Shown piece after piece: positions 19,851 to 30,129 of a stretch of 64,000 nucleotides of DNA. The DNA is from Myxococcota bacterium (GTDB lineage Bacteria > Myxococcota_A > SURF-8). The notes under the pieces are model-generated. The model worked only from the letters and a program-made list of their open reading frames with translations, had not been told where the DNA came from and ran no database searches. How positions within the stretch are numbered: the first letter of the stretch is position 1; every line of letters begins with the position of its first letter. The stretch spans positions 1,664,001 through 1,728,000 of the forward strand of contig OZ223209.1 in assembly GCA_965140415.1 (NCBI GenBank), written 5' to 3'. The position numbers and the translations under genes are program-made.

Positions 19851-21497
19851 TCAGCGCCTCTTTTTACCTCGTAACGTATCGAATACCAGGGCTGCACTCG
19901 AACCTAGAAACAACATGCCCCCCAGCCAGCCGGAAAGCGGTAGCCCTTGTGTAGTGGAAGCCAGCCCGACGGTGATCAGCCCTCCTGCGGCCAGAATTGC
20001 AAGCACCATGCGCCAGTTGTTGCGACGCATATCGGCCAGCAGATCCATATCGGGTACGCGCACATCCACCGCCAGCCCGCCTTGTTCGGCGCGACGCAGA
20101 ATGCTTTGCAGTTGGGAGGGCATGTCGCGGCTTAAATCCGTGATGTCGCGCAGTACCTGAATCAGATCAGCGGCCAGTCGTTCCGGTTTGTAGCGCTCCA
20201 CAACAATCGTGCGGGCGAAATCGGAACTGATATCGATCACGTTGAATTCCGGGTCCAACTCGCGCCCGATGCCTTCCAACGCGGCGATGGCGCGAGCAAG
20301 CAGCAATAAATTCTGTGGAACCTGCAAACGATGCCGCTGGGCCACGGCGGCCAGATCCATCAATAATTCCGCGGAGTTGATATCCTTTAGTGCCAGACCC
20401 ATCAGGGGTTCGAGCAATTGACGCAGGTCGGCGGCCAGCAGATCGGGGGAAACCACATCGCGTGTGCTGGTGGCCAGGCGCAAGTATTGCCGGGACACCG
20501 CACGGAAGTCGCGCATCACCAGCGATAAAAACAACCCGGCGATATCTTCCATCAGGCGTTGATCCAACCGCCCGACCAGACCGAAATCGATCAAGCCGAT
20601 TTTATTGCGGTCAACCACCATGATGTTGCCGCCGTGGATGTCGCCGTGGAAGTAGCCGTCGATAAATACCATTTTCAAGAAGGTTTGTGCGCCCAGATGT
20701 GCAATGGCCTTGATTTCCGTTTCCGTCAGATCCTGTTTGCGGATGGCATTCAAAGGGAAACCGTCTAAAAAGGTCATGGTCAGCACGCGCTGCCCCGTGT
20801 GCTCCCAAATCACCTCCGGGATTACGACCTGTGGATCGTCTGCGAAATTGCGCTGGAACTGCTCGATGTTCTGGGCTTCCTGCGTGAAATTGAGTTCGTC
20901 GCGGATCACGCGCCCGAATTCATTGGCGAGATCCACTGGGTTGATGATCGCCAGTGCGGCCACGTAGCGATCCAGCAGATTGGCAACGGTGTAGAGAATG
21001 GACAGGTCCGTTTCGATCTGTCGTTCGATGCCGGGGCGGCGCACTTTAACAACCACCTCTTTGCCGTCTTTCAATTTGGCGCGATGCACCTGGGCGATGC
21101 TGGCGGCACCGATCGGGGTTGGGTTGATGTCGTCGAAAATCGTTTCTGGGTCGACTTCCAGTTCCTTGATGATCTGAAGGCGCGCCTGCTCGAAGGGAAA
21201 GGCTACCACCTGATCCTGCAACTTGCGGAATTCCTCTATGAATTCGCGTGGAATCAGATCGGGACGGATGGAGAGCATCTGCCCCAGTTTGACGAAGGTG
21301 GTCCCCAGTTCTTCGAAAGCCATGCGCAGTCGAACCGCCGGGGAGTGGGGTTTGGAGTTGTCATCGACTTTTTGGAAGGGAATGATACGATCCAGGCCCA
21401 TCTCCTCGAACACGCTGCGGAAGCCGTGTCGACCGAAGACCAGCCCGATCTGTTGAAGTCGCTTGAGGTTTTTAAACGTCTGATTGATTTTCATCAT
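19851..21497 (-). CDS. ubiB: ABC1/UbiB-family atypical kinase
   Basis: 'LGTTFVKLGQMLSIRPD', 'AASIAQVHRA', 'VVVKVRRP', 'GYFHGDIHGGN', 'IDFGLVG'; C-terminal TM segments. Confidence 0.92.
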   Translation of the reverse strand: MMKINQTFKNLKRLQQIGLVFGRHGFRSVFEEMGLDRIIPFQKVDDNSKPHSPAVRLRMAFEELGTTFVKLGQMLSIRPDLIPREFIEEFRKLQDQVVAFPFEQARLQIIKELEVDPETIFDDINPTPIGAASIAQVHRAKLKDGKEVVVKVRRPGIERQIETDLSILYTVANLLDRYVAALAIINPVDLANEFGRVIRDELNFTQEAQNIEQFQRNFADDPQVVIPEVIWEHTGQRVLTMTFLDGFPLNAIRKQDLTETEIKAIAHLGAQTFLKMVFIDGYFHGDIHGGNIMVVDRNKIGLIDFGLVGRLDQRLMEDIAGLFLSLVMRDFRAVSRQYLRLATSTRDVVSPDLLAADLRQLLEPLMGLALKDINSAELLMDLAAVAQRHRLQVPQNLLLLARAIAALEGIGRELDPEFNVIDISSDFARTIVVERYKPERLAADLIQVLRDITDLSRDMPSQLQSILRRAEQGGLAVDVRVPDMDLLADMRRNNWRMVLAILAAGGLITVGLASTTQGLPLSGWLGGMLFLGSSAALVFDTLRGKKRR

Positions 21498-21785
21498 CCC
21501 CTGCCTTTGGTATTTCACGCGGCGTCATTGTAGCACAGCTTGATAGAGGGCAGAAATGCATTTTGGAAAGGGGCGGAGAAAGGGAATGTTATATAACAAG
21601 ATATTTAAACTGAGCGTAGAAAAAACAAGGTACCACACTGAAAGCGCTACATCAAAAATTCAATTAAAACTGAGAGTGAACACCTAATCCGTGGGCAAAA
21701 TGAGTTGGGCTTCGCTTGACAGTTTCAGCCGCCCGGTTTACCTTACGAAAAGGAAAACCACACGATGTTTTTCAGGGAGGATGGC

Positions 21786-22184
21786 ATGGGCGAAGAAGAG
21801 AAAAAAGACGCAGGTTGCGGTTGTCACCAGCCGACGGCATCGCCGGAACAGGCCGATAGTCGAGATCGGGAATGCGCGAAGGAAAAAGCGGAACAGGCCG
21901 CCGGTGCGTTCGGTACGCCTCCGCCCATCGATTTCTCGACCTTCATCTACTCGATGGCCACTCAGGTGTTCATTCATCTTGGCGAAGCCAAACTCCCCGG
22001 CTTGCCGGAGAGTGAGGTGGATTTACCCGCCGCCAAGCAGACGATCGACATCATCGAACTGCTGGAGAAAAAAACCAGAGGCAACTTGACCGATTCCGAG
22101 TCGAAGTTGATCTCCAACCTGCTTTACGATCTGAGATTGCGTTACGTCAAAGCTGCCAAGGCAAAGAAAGAGACGGCGTCATGA
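21786..22184 (+). CDS. DUF1844-family protein
   Basis: 'FSTFIYSMATQVFIHLGE...DLPAAKQTIDIIELLEKKTRGNLT..ESKLISNLLYDLRLRYV'; GGGAGG RBS. Confidence 0.9.
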   Translation: MGEEEKKDAGCGCHQPTASPEQADSRDRECAKEKAEQAAGAFGTPPPIDFSTFIYSMATQVFIHLGEAKLPGLPESEVDLPAAKQTIDIIELLEKKTRGNLTDSESKLISNLLYDLRLRYVKAAKAKKETAS

Positions 22185-23485
22185 GTCGGCAGCGAAATTG
22201 GGAATGGGAGGGGATTTCTGCCTGGGCAGCGGTTGTCGTTTTAAGCACGACGCTGCTGGTCACGATTTCAAGTTGCAAGCGCCGGGATGATGTAGCCGAA
22301 CCGATTTTCTCTCCCAGTCAGCGGATTCTGGGCCAGATCGACGAGGAAATCGCGGCGGAAAATCCTGTTAAACCGGCAGGGAAAAAACAACAATCCAAAT
22401 CGGTAAATACGAAAAGTAGCGATAAAAAAGTAACAGGTGAACCCAAGTCCATTGTCGCATCAACTACCGTTTCAGAAAAACCGGTAAAATCCAAGCAGAT
22501 ACAATCTCCTAAAACGAAATCGGTGGAACCCCTGTCTGAACAGGCTCTCGATGCAGAGAGAACGATGGCAGTTATCAAGCCTGCTTTGGGCCTTATTGCT
22601 GCGACAGGAAGTCAACCGCGCTATCCGGTAGTATGGTTGGGAAAGGTTGGGCTTTCTTCATTTGATGGTGCAGTACAGGGACCGCTACAGGACATTGTCA
22701 ACTCAAAAAGCGTCAACACTATATTTCCTATAACGGATTCCGGCTTGTGGTTGATAGAACGAAATACAGAAGACAAGTTCGTTGCGAAAATCCGCACAAC
22801 TCCCATGAAGCTTGGGGAATTTGTATGGATTGTTACCTTGCAGTCCGGTCGATCTCTTGCAGTTACCTCCCGAGTATCATCACTGGCCCTGCACAAGAGG
22901 AATTCACGACTCATTCAGGGTACGATGAGGTTTTTGGTTCTTGATCGGGCTTATTCTGAGCTGCTTGTTGGTGCCGCCGTAGTAGATGGAAAAGGGGCGT
23001 TGGTCGGAGTGATCACTTCCTACAACATGCAAGGGATGAGCACGGTTATTGATAGTACGGAATTGCGGGTGTTAGCCGCCAAAGGCAGCGCGGCTCGAAA
23101 TTTGTATTTTCTGCCGGAGAAGAGAGAGACTCTTTCAGAGGATAGCGTCGCTTCTCCTGCCATGCCACGCGCGTCGGAAACGGTTTGGTTGGGCCTGCAT
23201 ACTCAGGCGATCAATGCGGAGTTGGCTGAAAGCTTCGGTCTTGGCGAAAAGATTTCTGGAGCTCTGGTAACGCAAGTGCTGCCCGAATCGCCTGCACAGA
23301 AAGCGGGGTTAGCCGCCGGGGATGTGATTGTCGCCATCAATGAAAGTATGATTCACAAACTTTCGGATCTGCCCGGTGCGATGGCTCAGGCTACAGCGGG
23401 ACAGCCGCTTTCGTTGCGCGTAATACGTGAAAGCAAGGAAACGACGCTTTCCGTTGTTCCCGCCCTGCGAACTTCGGGAAAGTAA
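22181..23485 (+). CDS. Exported PDZ-domain protein with a degenerate HtrA/trypsin-like domain
   Basis: N-terminal hydrophobic segment ending ISSC. C-terminal HtrA-type PDZ 'WLGLHTQAINAELAESFGL...GALVTQVLPESPAQKAGLAAGDVIVAIN'. 'VGAAVVDGKGALVGVI' sits where GNSGGPL..G.VIGI is expected. Confidence 0.75.
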   Translation: MSRQRNWEWEGISAWAAVVVLSTTLLVTISSCKRRDDVAEPIFSPSQRILGQIDEEIAAENPVKPAGKKQQSKSVNTKSSDKKVTGEPKSIVASTTVSEKPVKSKQIQSPKTKSVEPLSEQALDAERTMAVIKPALGLIAATGSQPRYPVVWLGKVGLSSFDGAVQGPLQDIVNSKSVNTIFPITDSGLWLIERNTEDKFVAKIRTTPMKLGEFVWIVTLQSGRSLAVTSRVSSLALHKRNSRLIQGTMRFLVLDRAYSELLVGAAVVDGKGALVGVITSYNMQGMSTVIDSTELRVLAAKGSAARNLYFLPEKRETLSEDSVASPAMPRASETVWLGLHTQAINAELAESFGLGEKISGALVTQVLPESPAQKAGLAAGDVIVAINESMIHKLSDLPGAMAQATAGQPLSLRVIRESKETTLSVVPALRTSGK

Positions 23486-23538
23486 GCGCCGAAGCGAGGA
23501 AATCGAAAATCAACAAAGCCCACCATCAAGGAAGGGGC

Positions 23539-23707
23539 TTTCCCTTCGCCTTCGTTCGCTCGCATTGCGTCACATTCGGCTTGTACCGTGGCGCGGGCGA
23601 CCGTCAAGGCTATATAAACGTCGCTACGCTCCGGCCTTGACCGCCACCCTTCTCCGCCACGCTTTTCAAGCCTCATGACGCGAAGCGGCTCCGTCGGGGA
23701 AGGGAAA
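23539..23707. repeat. Long nested imperfect palindrome (REP/MITE-like element or structured RNA)
   Basis: Nested stems: TTTCCCTTC/GAAGGGAAA, GCGTCA/TGACGC, GGCTTG/CAAGCC, GTGGCG/CGCCAC, GTCAAGGC/GCCTTGAC; the loop contains CGCTACGCT. Confidence 0.7.
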
Positions 23708-23818
23708 ACGAAGATCTCGCCTTTTTCATCACTCGATTCGTGGAAGCGCCAAGCATGCTTGGGTCAGAGAATCCTTGTAAGATTTCGGATGATCGTCTGT
23801 CGTTGCTTTCGTGCAAGG

Positions 23819-23846
23819 CTTGACATTCGGAAAATCGTCCCCATTT
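23819..23846 (+). promoter_or_regulatory. sigma32 (RpoH)-type heat-shock promoter of clpB
   Basis: CTTGAC (23819-23824), 14-nt spacer, CCCCATTT (23839-23846); close match to CTTGAA-N13-15-CCCCAT, about 80 nt before clpB. Confidence 0.75.
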
Positions 23847-23926
23847 TATGAAGGTGGAAGTCCGGAATGAAAAGCTCTCAATCGAGGGACGGATACCCGA
23901 AGCACCGGACGACGGAGGTTTCCAAA

Positions 23927-26527
23927 ATGAGAATGGATCGATTTACAGTGAAAGCTCAGGAAGCGCTGGAACTGGCGCAGCGCACGGCGCGGGAACTCAA
24001 TCACCAGCAGGTGGAACCGATGCATCTATTATCGGCCCTGCTGGATCAGGATGGCGGATCGGTGGAGCGCATTCTGCAACGTGCAGGTATAGAGTGCTCT
24101 ATGCTGTCTCATGAGGTGAAAAGCACCTTGTCGCGCAAGCCCAGCGTGCAAGGCGCGGGGCAGATGTATCTGGCGCGGGAAATGGAAAATCTGCTGGATG
24201 CTTCGTTCAAGGAAGCAGACAAGCTGAAAGATGAGTATGTCTCCACCGAGCATATGCTGCTGGCGATGCTGGAGGCTCGCGACGAAGCCTCCCAGCTTTT
24301 AGCGAAATTCGGTGTAACGCGCGATCGTTTTTTGCGAGTTTTAAAAGAAGTGCGCGGTACGCAGCGTGTGGACGATCCCAACGCGGAGGATAAATACGAA
24401 GCGCTGGAGCGCTATGCGCGTGATCTGACGGCCCTGGCGCGTAGCGGCAAACTCGATCCTGTCATCGGGCGGGATACCGAAATCCGGCGCGCGATTCAGG
24501 TGTTGAGCCGACGGACGAAAAACAACCCGGTGCTTATCGGTGAACCGGGCGTGGGAAAGACGGCCATTGTCGAAGGGCTGGCGCAGCGGATTGTGGCGGG
24601 TGATATTCCTGAAAGCCTGAAGAATCGACGACTGGTGGCCTTGGATCTGGGAGCGCTGGTTGCCGGAGCCAAATATCGGGGCGAGTTCGAAGATCGCTTG
24701 AAAGCACTCTTGAAAGAAGTGGAAGCCGCCGAGGGCGATGTGCTGCTGTTCATCGACGAGTTGCATACGCTGGTTGGCGCGGGTGCAGCGGAAGGTTCGA
24801 TGGATGCCAGCAATATGCTGAAGCCCGCTTTGGCGCGGGGCGAATTACACTGTCTGGGTGCAACGACGCTGAATGAATACCGCAAGCATATCGAAAAAGA
24901 CGCCGCCCTGGAACGGCGTTTCCAGCCGATTCTGGTGCAGGAACCGACGGTGGAGGACACCGTTTCGATTCTTCGCGGTCTCAAAGAGCGCTACGAAGTG
25001 CATCATGGCGTTCGGATCAAGGATGCGGCGCTGGTGGCGGCGGCGACGTTGTCGGATCGCTACATTTCCGACCGTTTCCTGCCTGATAAGGCTGTGGATC
25101 TGGTGGACGAAGCGGCCAGTCGATTGCGTATCGAGATTGATTCGATGCCGGAAGAAATCGACGAGTTGCAGCGGAAAGTCTTGCAGTTGCAGATCGAACG
25201 CGAGGCGCTGAAGAAGGAAAAGGACAAGCTTTCAAAAGAACGATTGGAATTGGTGGAGCGCCAGATCGCGGAACTGACCGAGCAGGCAGACGGCATGAAG
25301 GCGCAGTGGAATCGCGAAAAGGAAGCCATCGCGCGCGTGCAGACGATCAAAGAGGAAATCGAACGGACGCGCTTTCAGGAACAGCAGGCGGTGCGCAGCG
25401 GCGAATTGGAAAAAGCGGCGCAGTTGAAATACGGGACATTGTTGCAGTTGGAAAAAGAACTGGAAGCGCGCAAAGAGGAACTGGCGAATCAGGATGCAAG
25501 CTCTATGCTGCTTAAAGAGGAAGTGGATGCCGAAGACGTCGGTCAGGTCGTGGCCAGTTGGACCGGTATTCCGGTTTCCAAGCTGCTTGAAGGCGATACC
25601 CAGAAATTGCTGGGAATGGAAAGCCGCATACGAGAACGGCTGGTAGGACAGCAGGCGGCGGTGCACGCCGTATCAGACGCCGTGCGACGTTCCCGCGCCG
25701 GGTTGCAGGAGGCGGATCGTCCGGTGGGCGCTTTTATTTTCCTGGGACCGACAGGAGTGGGAAAAACCGAACTGGCTCGGGCGCTGGCGGAGTTTCTGTT
25801 CGACGACGAACGCAACCTGGTGCGCATCGATATGTCGGAATACATGGAGAAGCATTCCGTGGCTCGGCTGATCGGCGCGCCTCCGGGTTACGTCGGTTAT
25901 GATGAAGGTGGCGCATTGACCGAAGCGGTGCGGCGTAAGCCGTATTCGGTGGTGTTGTTTGATGAAATCGAAAAGGCGCACCGTGATGTCTTTAACGTGC
26001 TGTTGCAGATTCTGGACGATGGTCGATTGACCGACGGTCACGGGCGCACCGTCAATTTCACCAATACGATTATCATCATGACCAGCAACCTGGGATCGCA
26101 GCTAATCCAGCAGTATGGTGGTGAGAGCAGCGAAGAAATGGAAAATCAGGTCATGGCGCTATTGCGGCAGGAATTCAGGCCCGAATTCATTAACCGCATC
26201 GACGATATCATCCTGTTCCACTCGCTCACTCGCGAAGATCTGCGGCAGATCGTGGATATTCGCTTGAAGCGCATCAACCGCATGCTGGCCGACCGGCAGC
26301 TATCGCTGGAACTGACCGATGCCGCCAAGGATCGTCTGGCGGAGATGGGCTGGGATCCGGTTTTCGGAGCGCGACCGTTGAAGCGGGTGATTCAGCGCGA
26401 AATCCAGGATGCTCTGGCACGGCAGTTGTTGCAGGGCGAATGTCAGAGCGGCGATTGTATCGAAGTGGATGTGCTGCCCGAGAAGGGCTTCCGCTTCCTT
26501 TCGGTGGCGCGGGAAGAGCATACATGA
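23927..26527 (+). CDS. clpB: ATP-dependent disaggregase ClpB
   Basis: [14 protein letters not shown]; two AAA modules ([16 protein letters not shown]); coiled-coil M domain; '[10 protein letters not shown]'; GGAGG RBS. Confidence 0.98.
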   Translation: MRMDRFTVKAQEALELAQRTARELNHQQVEPMHLLSALLDQDGGSVERILQRAGIECSMLSHEVKSTLSRKPSVQGAGQMYLAREMENLLDASFKEADKLKDEYVSTEHMLLAMLEARDEASQLLAKFGVTRDRFLRVLKEVRGTQRVDDPNAEDKYEALERYARDLTALARSGKLDPVIGRDTEIRRAIQVLSRRTKNNPVLIGEPGVGKTAIVEGLAQRIVAGDIPESLKNRRLVALDLGALVAGAKYRGEFEDRLKALLKEVEAAEGDVLLFIDELHTLVGAGAAEGSMDASNMLKPALARGELHCLGATTLNEYRKHIEKDAALERRFQPILVQEPTVEDTVSILRGLKERYEVHHGVRIKDAALVAAATLSDRYISDRFLPDKAVDLVDEAASRLRIEIDSMPEEIDELQRKVLQLQIEREALKKEKDKLSKERLELVERQIAELTEQADGMKAQWNREKEAIARVQTIKEEIERTRFQEQQAVRSGELEKAAQLKYGTLLQLEKELEARKEELANQDASSMLLKEEVDAEDVGQVVASWTGIPVSKLLEGDTQKLLGMESRIRERLVGQQAAVHAVSDAVRRSRAGLQEADRPVGAFIFLGPTGVGKTELARALAEFLFDDERNLVRIDMSEYMEKHSVARLIGAPPGYVGYDEGGALTEAVRRKPYSVVLFDEIEKAHRDVFNVLLQILDDGRLTDGHGRTVNFTNTIIIMTSNLGSQLIQQYGGESSEEMENQVMALLRQEFRPEFINRIDDIILFHSLTREDLRQIVDIRLKRINRMLADRQLSLELTDAAKDRLAEMGWDPVFGARPLKRVIQREIQDALARQLLQGECQSGDCIEVDVLPEKGFRFLSVAREEHT

Positions 26528-26913
26528 TTGAACCGGGCGACATTCCTGCCTCACCGGGCATTTATCTGCTGTTGATCTGGTTGCCTGAAGCGATGGATCT
26601 AAAGGTCGGGGCTTTGGGAATGAAGCCTTTCAAAAGAGGTTTGTATGGTTACGTAGGTAGCGCCTGGGGACCGGGAGGATTACGGGCGAGATTGTCGCGA
26701 CATGCGAAACTTGAAAAACCGCAACGCTGGCACATCGATGCGCTTACGCGGAATGTTTCGCCGCTGGGCGCTCTCTATTGGGAGGGAGCGGAAAAAGAAA
26801 CGGAATGTTTGTTAGCAAGGCTACTGGCTCGGCGTTATGAAGAAGTGAATGAGATGGGAGCAAGCGATTGTGCCTGCCGCTCGCATCTGTTTCATCTATC
26901 GCCGGGTGTTTGA
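26524..26913 (+). CDS. DUF123 / GIY-YIG (Uri superfamily) nuclease-like protein
   Basis: 'GIYLLLI...VGALG...[22 protein letters not shown]...WHIDAL...[11 protein letters not shown]'; ATGA overlap with the clpB stop. Confidence 0.88.
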   Translation: MIEPGDIPASPGIYLLLIWLPEAMDLKVGALGMKPFKRGLYGYVGSAWGPGGLRARLSRHAKLEKPQRWHIDALTRNVSPLGALYWEGAEKETECLLARLLARRYEEVNEMGASDCACRSHLFHLSPGV

Positions 26914-26986
26914 AAAGCTTGGCTATCACCTGCTTTCGTGCTAGGCTGCGCGACGAGATGGTAACTCTTTTTTAGGAGCGAAAACG

Positions 26987-27274
26987 ATGCCTGTATATCC
27001 TGTCAATATCTCGATCGCCAAAGCCTTTTTCGGGCTGGGGTACTGGGAGTTGATTATCATTCTGCTCATTATCCTGGTCGTTTTCGGCGCGGGGAAACTG
27101 CCTGGCGTCGGTTCGGCACTGGGTGAGGGCATCCGCAATTTCCGCACCTCGTTCAAGGGTGAAGACAAGGCCAAAGAGGAGCAAGCGGAGAAATCGGCAA
27201 AAGAGCTGGAAGCACCAAAGACCTCGACCTCCGAAATTACGTCCGAGAAAAAAGACGAAAAAACGAACGCCTGA
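26987..27274 (+). CDS. tatA: Twin-arginine translocase TatA/TatE subunit
   Basis: '[38 protein letters not shown]'; AGGAG RBS. Confidence 0.93.
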   Translation: MPVYPVNISIAKAFFGLGYWELIIILLIILVVFGAGKLPGVGSALGEGIRNFRTSFKGEDKAKEEQAEKSAKELEAPKTSTSEITSEKKDEKTNA

Positions 27275-27420
27275 TCCTCATGCCGTTCTTATCGTAATCG
27301 TTCGATTTACCCCGTTGTTTGGACCGTGGAACCACACGAAACTTCCTGCCGAGCCTGGTTTCAGGCGCGTGATTCTTCTCTGGCGAAACGGAACCGATTG
27401 CTGTTGTGAAGGAGAAAGCG

Positions 27421-29097
27421 ATGAGCGAATTTACGCTGAGTAAACACGAAACCTATCCGGGCGTGCCCGGTTCGTTGCTGCTGATTATCATGGACGGCGT
27501 CGGCCTGTATAAAGGCCAGGCGGAAGGTTACGAGGGCAACGCCTTCGATCAGGCCAAAACCCCCAACCTGGACCGTTTATTCAAAGACGCTTCCGTATTC
27601 CGAAAGTTGCAGGCACACGGCAAGGCGGTCGGTCTGCCTTCCGATGGCGACATGGGAAACTCGGAAGTGGGGCATAACGCCATGGGTGCCGGGCGTGTCT
27701 TCGCCCAGGGAGCCAAACTGGTCAACGAAGCAATTTCCAGCGGACGTTTGTTCGAAGGAACGGCCTGGAAGGAACTGGTGCAGCAGGTAAAAGCGCAGGA
27801 CAGCGCGTTTCATCTGATCGGTCTTCTTTCTGACGGCAACGTGCACAGCCACATCGAGCAGCTTTTCGGTCTGCTGGATCGGCTGAGTCAAGAACAGGTA
27901 AGCCGCATCCGGCTGCACCCGTTGGCGGACGGTCGGGACGTAGATCCGGTGACTTACCACGTTTATTTGAAACAATTACAGGGTAAATTGGACGAATTGA
28001 ACGCAAAGGGCGCAGATGCACGAATCGCCAGTGGCGGCGGGCGCATGTATATCACGATGGACCGTTACAATGCCGACTGGCAGATGGTCAAGCGTGGTTG
28101 GGATTTGCACGTGCTGGGCAAAGGTCGCGGTTTTGCTTCCGCTCAGGAAGCATTGACGGTGTTGAGGCAGGAAAACGAGGGTGTTCTGGATCAGGATCTG
28201 CCCGGTTTTGTCGTTTTGGACGAGCAGGGAGTGCCGGTTGGACCGGTTCTCGATGGGGATAGCGTGGTGTTTTTCAACTTCCGTGGCGACCGCGCCATCG
28301 AGATTTCCCGCGCCTTCACAGAAACCGATTTCGACAAATTCGACCGGGAACGCCTGCCGGATATCTGCTATGCCGGGATGATGGAATATGACGGCGATCT
28401 GCACATTCCGCCGCGTTTTCTGGTTGATCCACCGGCAATTTCCCGAACGGTGTCCGAATATCTTGCCAAAAACGGCATTTCCCAGTATGCGATCAGCGAA
28501 ACACAGAAGTACGGGCACGTCACCTATTTCTGGAACGGCAACAATTCCGAAAAGTTCAGCAAGGAACTGGAAACCTGGGTGGAGATTCCCTCTGACAACA
28601 TCAGTTTCGATAAGAAACCACAGATGAAAGCGCGTGAAATCACGGAAGAAGTCATTAAAGCGCTGGATTCCAAATCCTATAAATTTCTGCGTTTGAATTT
28701 TGCCAACGGTGACATGGTCGGACATACCGGTTCGTTGCCTGCCGCAGTGCAGGCAATGGAGGTCGTTGACGAATGCATTGGCAAACTGGAACAAGCCGCC
28801 AAGCGTGTCGGGGCGACAATCGTGATCACTGCCGATCATGGCAATTCCGATCAGATGATCGAAATCAACAAGAAAACCGGAGAGTTCAAGCTGGACGAAA
28901 ACGGAAAGCCGATCACCAAAACCAGCCACACGCTGTCTCCTGTGCCCTGGTTGCTGTTGGGACAAGATGCTACGCGCTTCACTTCTAACGATGAGGTAGA
29001 TAACCCCGGCCTGGGGAATCTGGCGGCTACCTTGTTGTTATTACTGGGTTATCAAAAACCGGAGGATTATCTCCCGGCGCTGGTCAAAGTGAAATAA
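27421..29097 (+). CDS. gpmI: 2,3-bisphosphoglycerate-independent phosphoglycerate mutase
   Basis: 'IMDGVG', 'DMGNSEVGHNAMGAGR', 'LLSDGNVHSH', 'NFRGDR', 'ETQKYGHVTYF', 'NGDMVGHTG', 'TADHGN'. Confidence 0.97.
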   Translation: MSEFTLSKHETYPGVPGSLLLIIMDGVGLYKGQAEGYEGNAFDQAKTPNLDRLFKDASVFRKLQAHGKAVGLPSDGDMGNSEVGHNAMGAGRVFAQGAKLVNEAISSGRLFEGTAWKELVQQVKAQDSAFHLIGLLSDGNVHSHIEQLFGLLDRLSQEQVSRIRLHPLADGRDVDPVTYHVYLKQLQGKLDELNAKGADARIASGGGRMYITMDRYNADWQMVKRGWDLHVLGKGRGFASAQEALTVLRQENEGVLDQDLPGFVVLDEQGVPVGPVLDGDSVVFFNFRGDRAIEISRAFTETDFDKFDRERLPDICYAGMMEYDGDLHIPPRFLVDPPAISRTVSEYLAKNGISQYAISETQKYGHVTYFWNGNNSEKFSKELETWVEIPSDNISFDKKPQMKAREITEEVIKALDSKSYKFLRLNFANGDMVGHTGSLPAAVQAMEVVDECIGKLEQAAKRVGATIVITADHGNSDQMIEINKKTGEFKLDENGKPITKTSHTLSPVPWLLLGQDATRFTSNDEVDNPGLGNLAATLLLLLGYQKPEDYLPALVKVK

Positions 29098-29100
29098 GCG

Positions 29101-29916
29101 TCAAGTTCCGGTGCTTTCATAGCGCGCCAGACCCAGGTGGAACAGGGATAATCCGACTGTCACACAAATTGAGGCAGCCACGCCCATTGTTAGCCACAGA
29201 CCGGATGTATCTCCTTTATCCAACACCCAGATAGCAGGATAAAACGCACAATAGGCGAAGGGGATGATATAGCTGAAGAAAAGCCGGATGTGCAGCGGGT
29301 AGACCGTTAATGGATAACGGGAAACATCGCTCATTGAAAACAGAGGCATCAGCATACCGCCTCGATCCGGCAGCCAGAAGGAAAGCGACGCGGCGGTTAA
29401 AAACAAACCCAGATAAATGACGGTTCCGATTGCCAGTCCAAGCGCCAGTGAGCCGATTGTATCAAATGCAACTGGAATTCCCAGCTTATACCAGGCCCAG
29501 GCGACCAAAGCGCTTCCTTTGAGCAGAATGGTGATATCGAAAACGTCCAGGTTTTCCATCATCAACTGCATAAAGGGCGAAATCGGACGCACGAGCAGGC
29601 GGTCCAGGTGCCCCTCGACGATGTAGTGCTCGCTCAATCGTACGCAGAATTGGAAAAAGAGGATGGAGAAGAAACCGAAGCAAAGCTCGCCGATGCCGTA
29701 GAGAAACACCAGTTCTTCGAATTTCCAACCGGCGATAGAGGGAACTTTGGAAACCAACACCCAGAGAAAGACAATATTTAAAAAGCCGTAGGTTACGGTT
29801 CCCAAAAAATTGACGAAAAAGTCCCAGGGGTAGCTCATCTTGATCTTCAGATTCTGGGCGGCGTAAGCCAGATAGATCGAAGCATGAAAACGAAAGTTGG
29901 TTCCGGGAAAAGACAT
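29101..29916 (-). CDS. ABC-2 family transporter permease (DUF990-type)
   Basis: About 6 TM segments; 'IAGWKFEELVFLYG', 'EGHLDRLLVRPISP', 'RYPLTVYP', 'YESTG'. Start codon is an estimate. Confidence 0.88.
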   Translation of the reverse strand: MSFPGTNFRFHASIYLAYAAQNLKIKMSYPWDFFVNFLGTVTYGFLNIVFLWVLVSKVPSIAGWKFEELVFLYGIGELCFGFFSILFFQFCVRLSEHYIVEGHLDRLLVRPISPFMQLMMENLDVFDITILLKGSALVAWAWYKLGIPVAFDTIGSLALGLAIGTVIYLGLFLTAASLSFWLPDRGGMLMPLFSMSDVSRYPLTVYPLHIRLFFSYIIPFAYCAFYPAIWVLDKGDTSGLWLTMGVAASICVTVGLSLFHLGLARYESTGT

Positions 29917-30018
29917 ATTTGTTGCCACCTGAATAACGCCGCGTGTGAAAATCGACTCGCGTTGTGAAATACAGGCGAGCGACGAAGCGGTTTTTCTTGC
30001 TCCGTCCGTTCTACTAAA

Positions 30019-30047
30019 TTGACTTCGGAGCCTGCATATGTTAAAGT
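30019..30047 (+). promoter_or_regulatory. sigma70-like promoter of romR
   Basis: TTGACT, 17-nt spacer, TAAAGT with an extended -10 TG. Confidence 0.5.
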
Positions 30048-30129
30048 ATTCGTTGCAGAAATGCAAATCCAGGCAATATTGCCAGCAACGGAGGGAGTGA
30101 AAACCCAACCTGGACTATAGGAGCAAATA

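Noticed and set aside
26524-26913. GIY-YIG protein as a homing endonuclease or mobile element
   Set aside because: Short DUF123-type protein with no DNA-binding extension; no intron or terminal repeats visible.
27976-28965. 329-aa minus-strand ORF
   Set aside because: Antisense to gpmI; shadow ORF.
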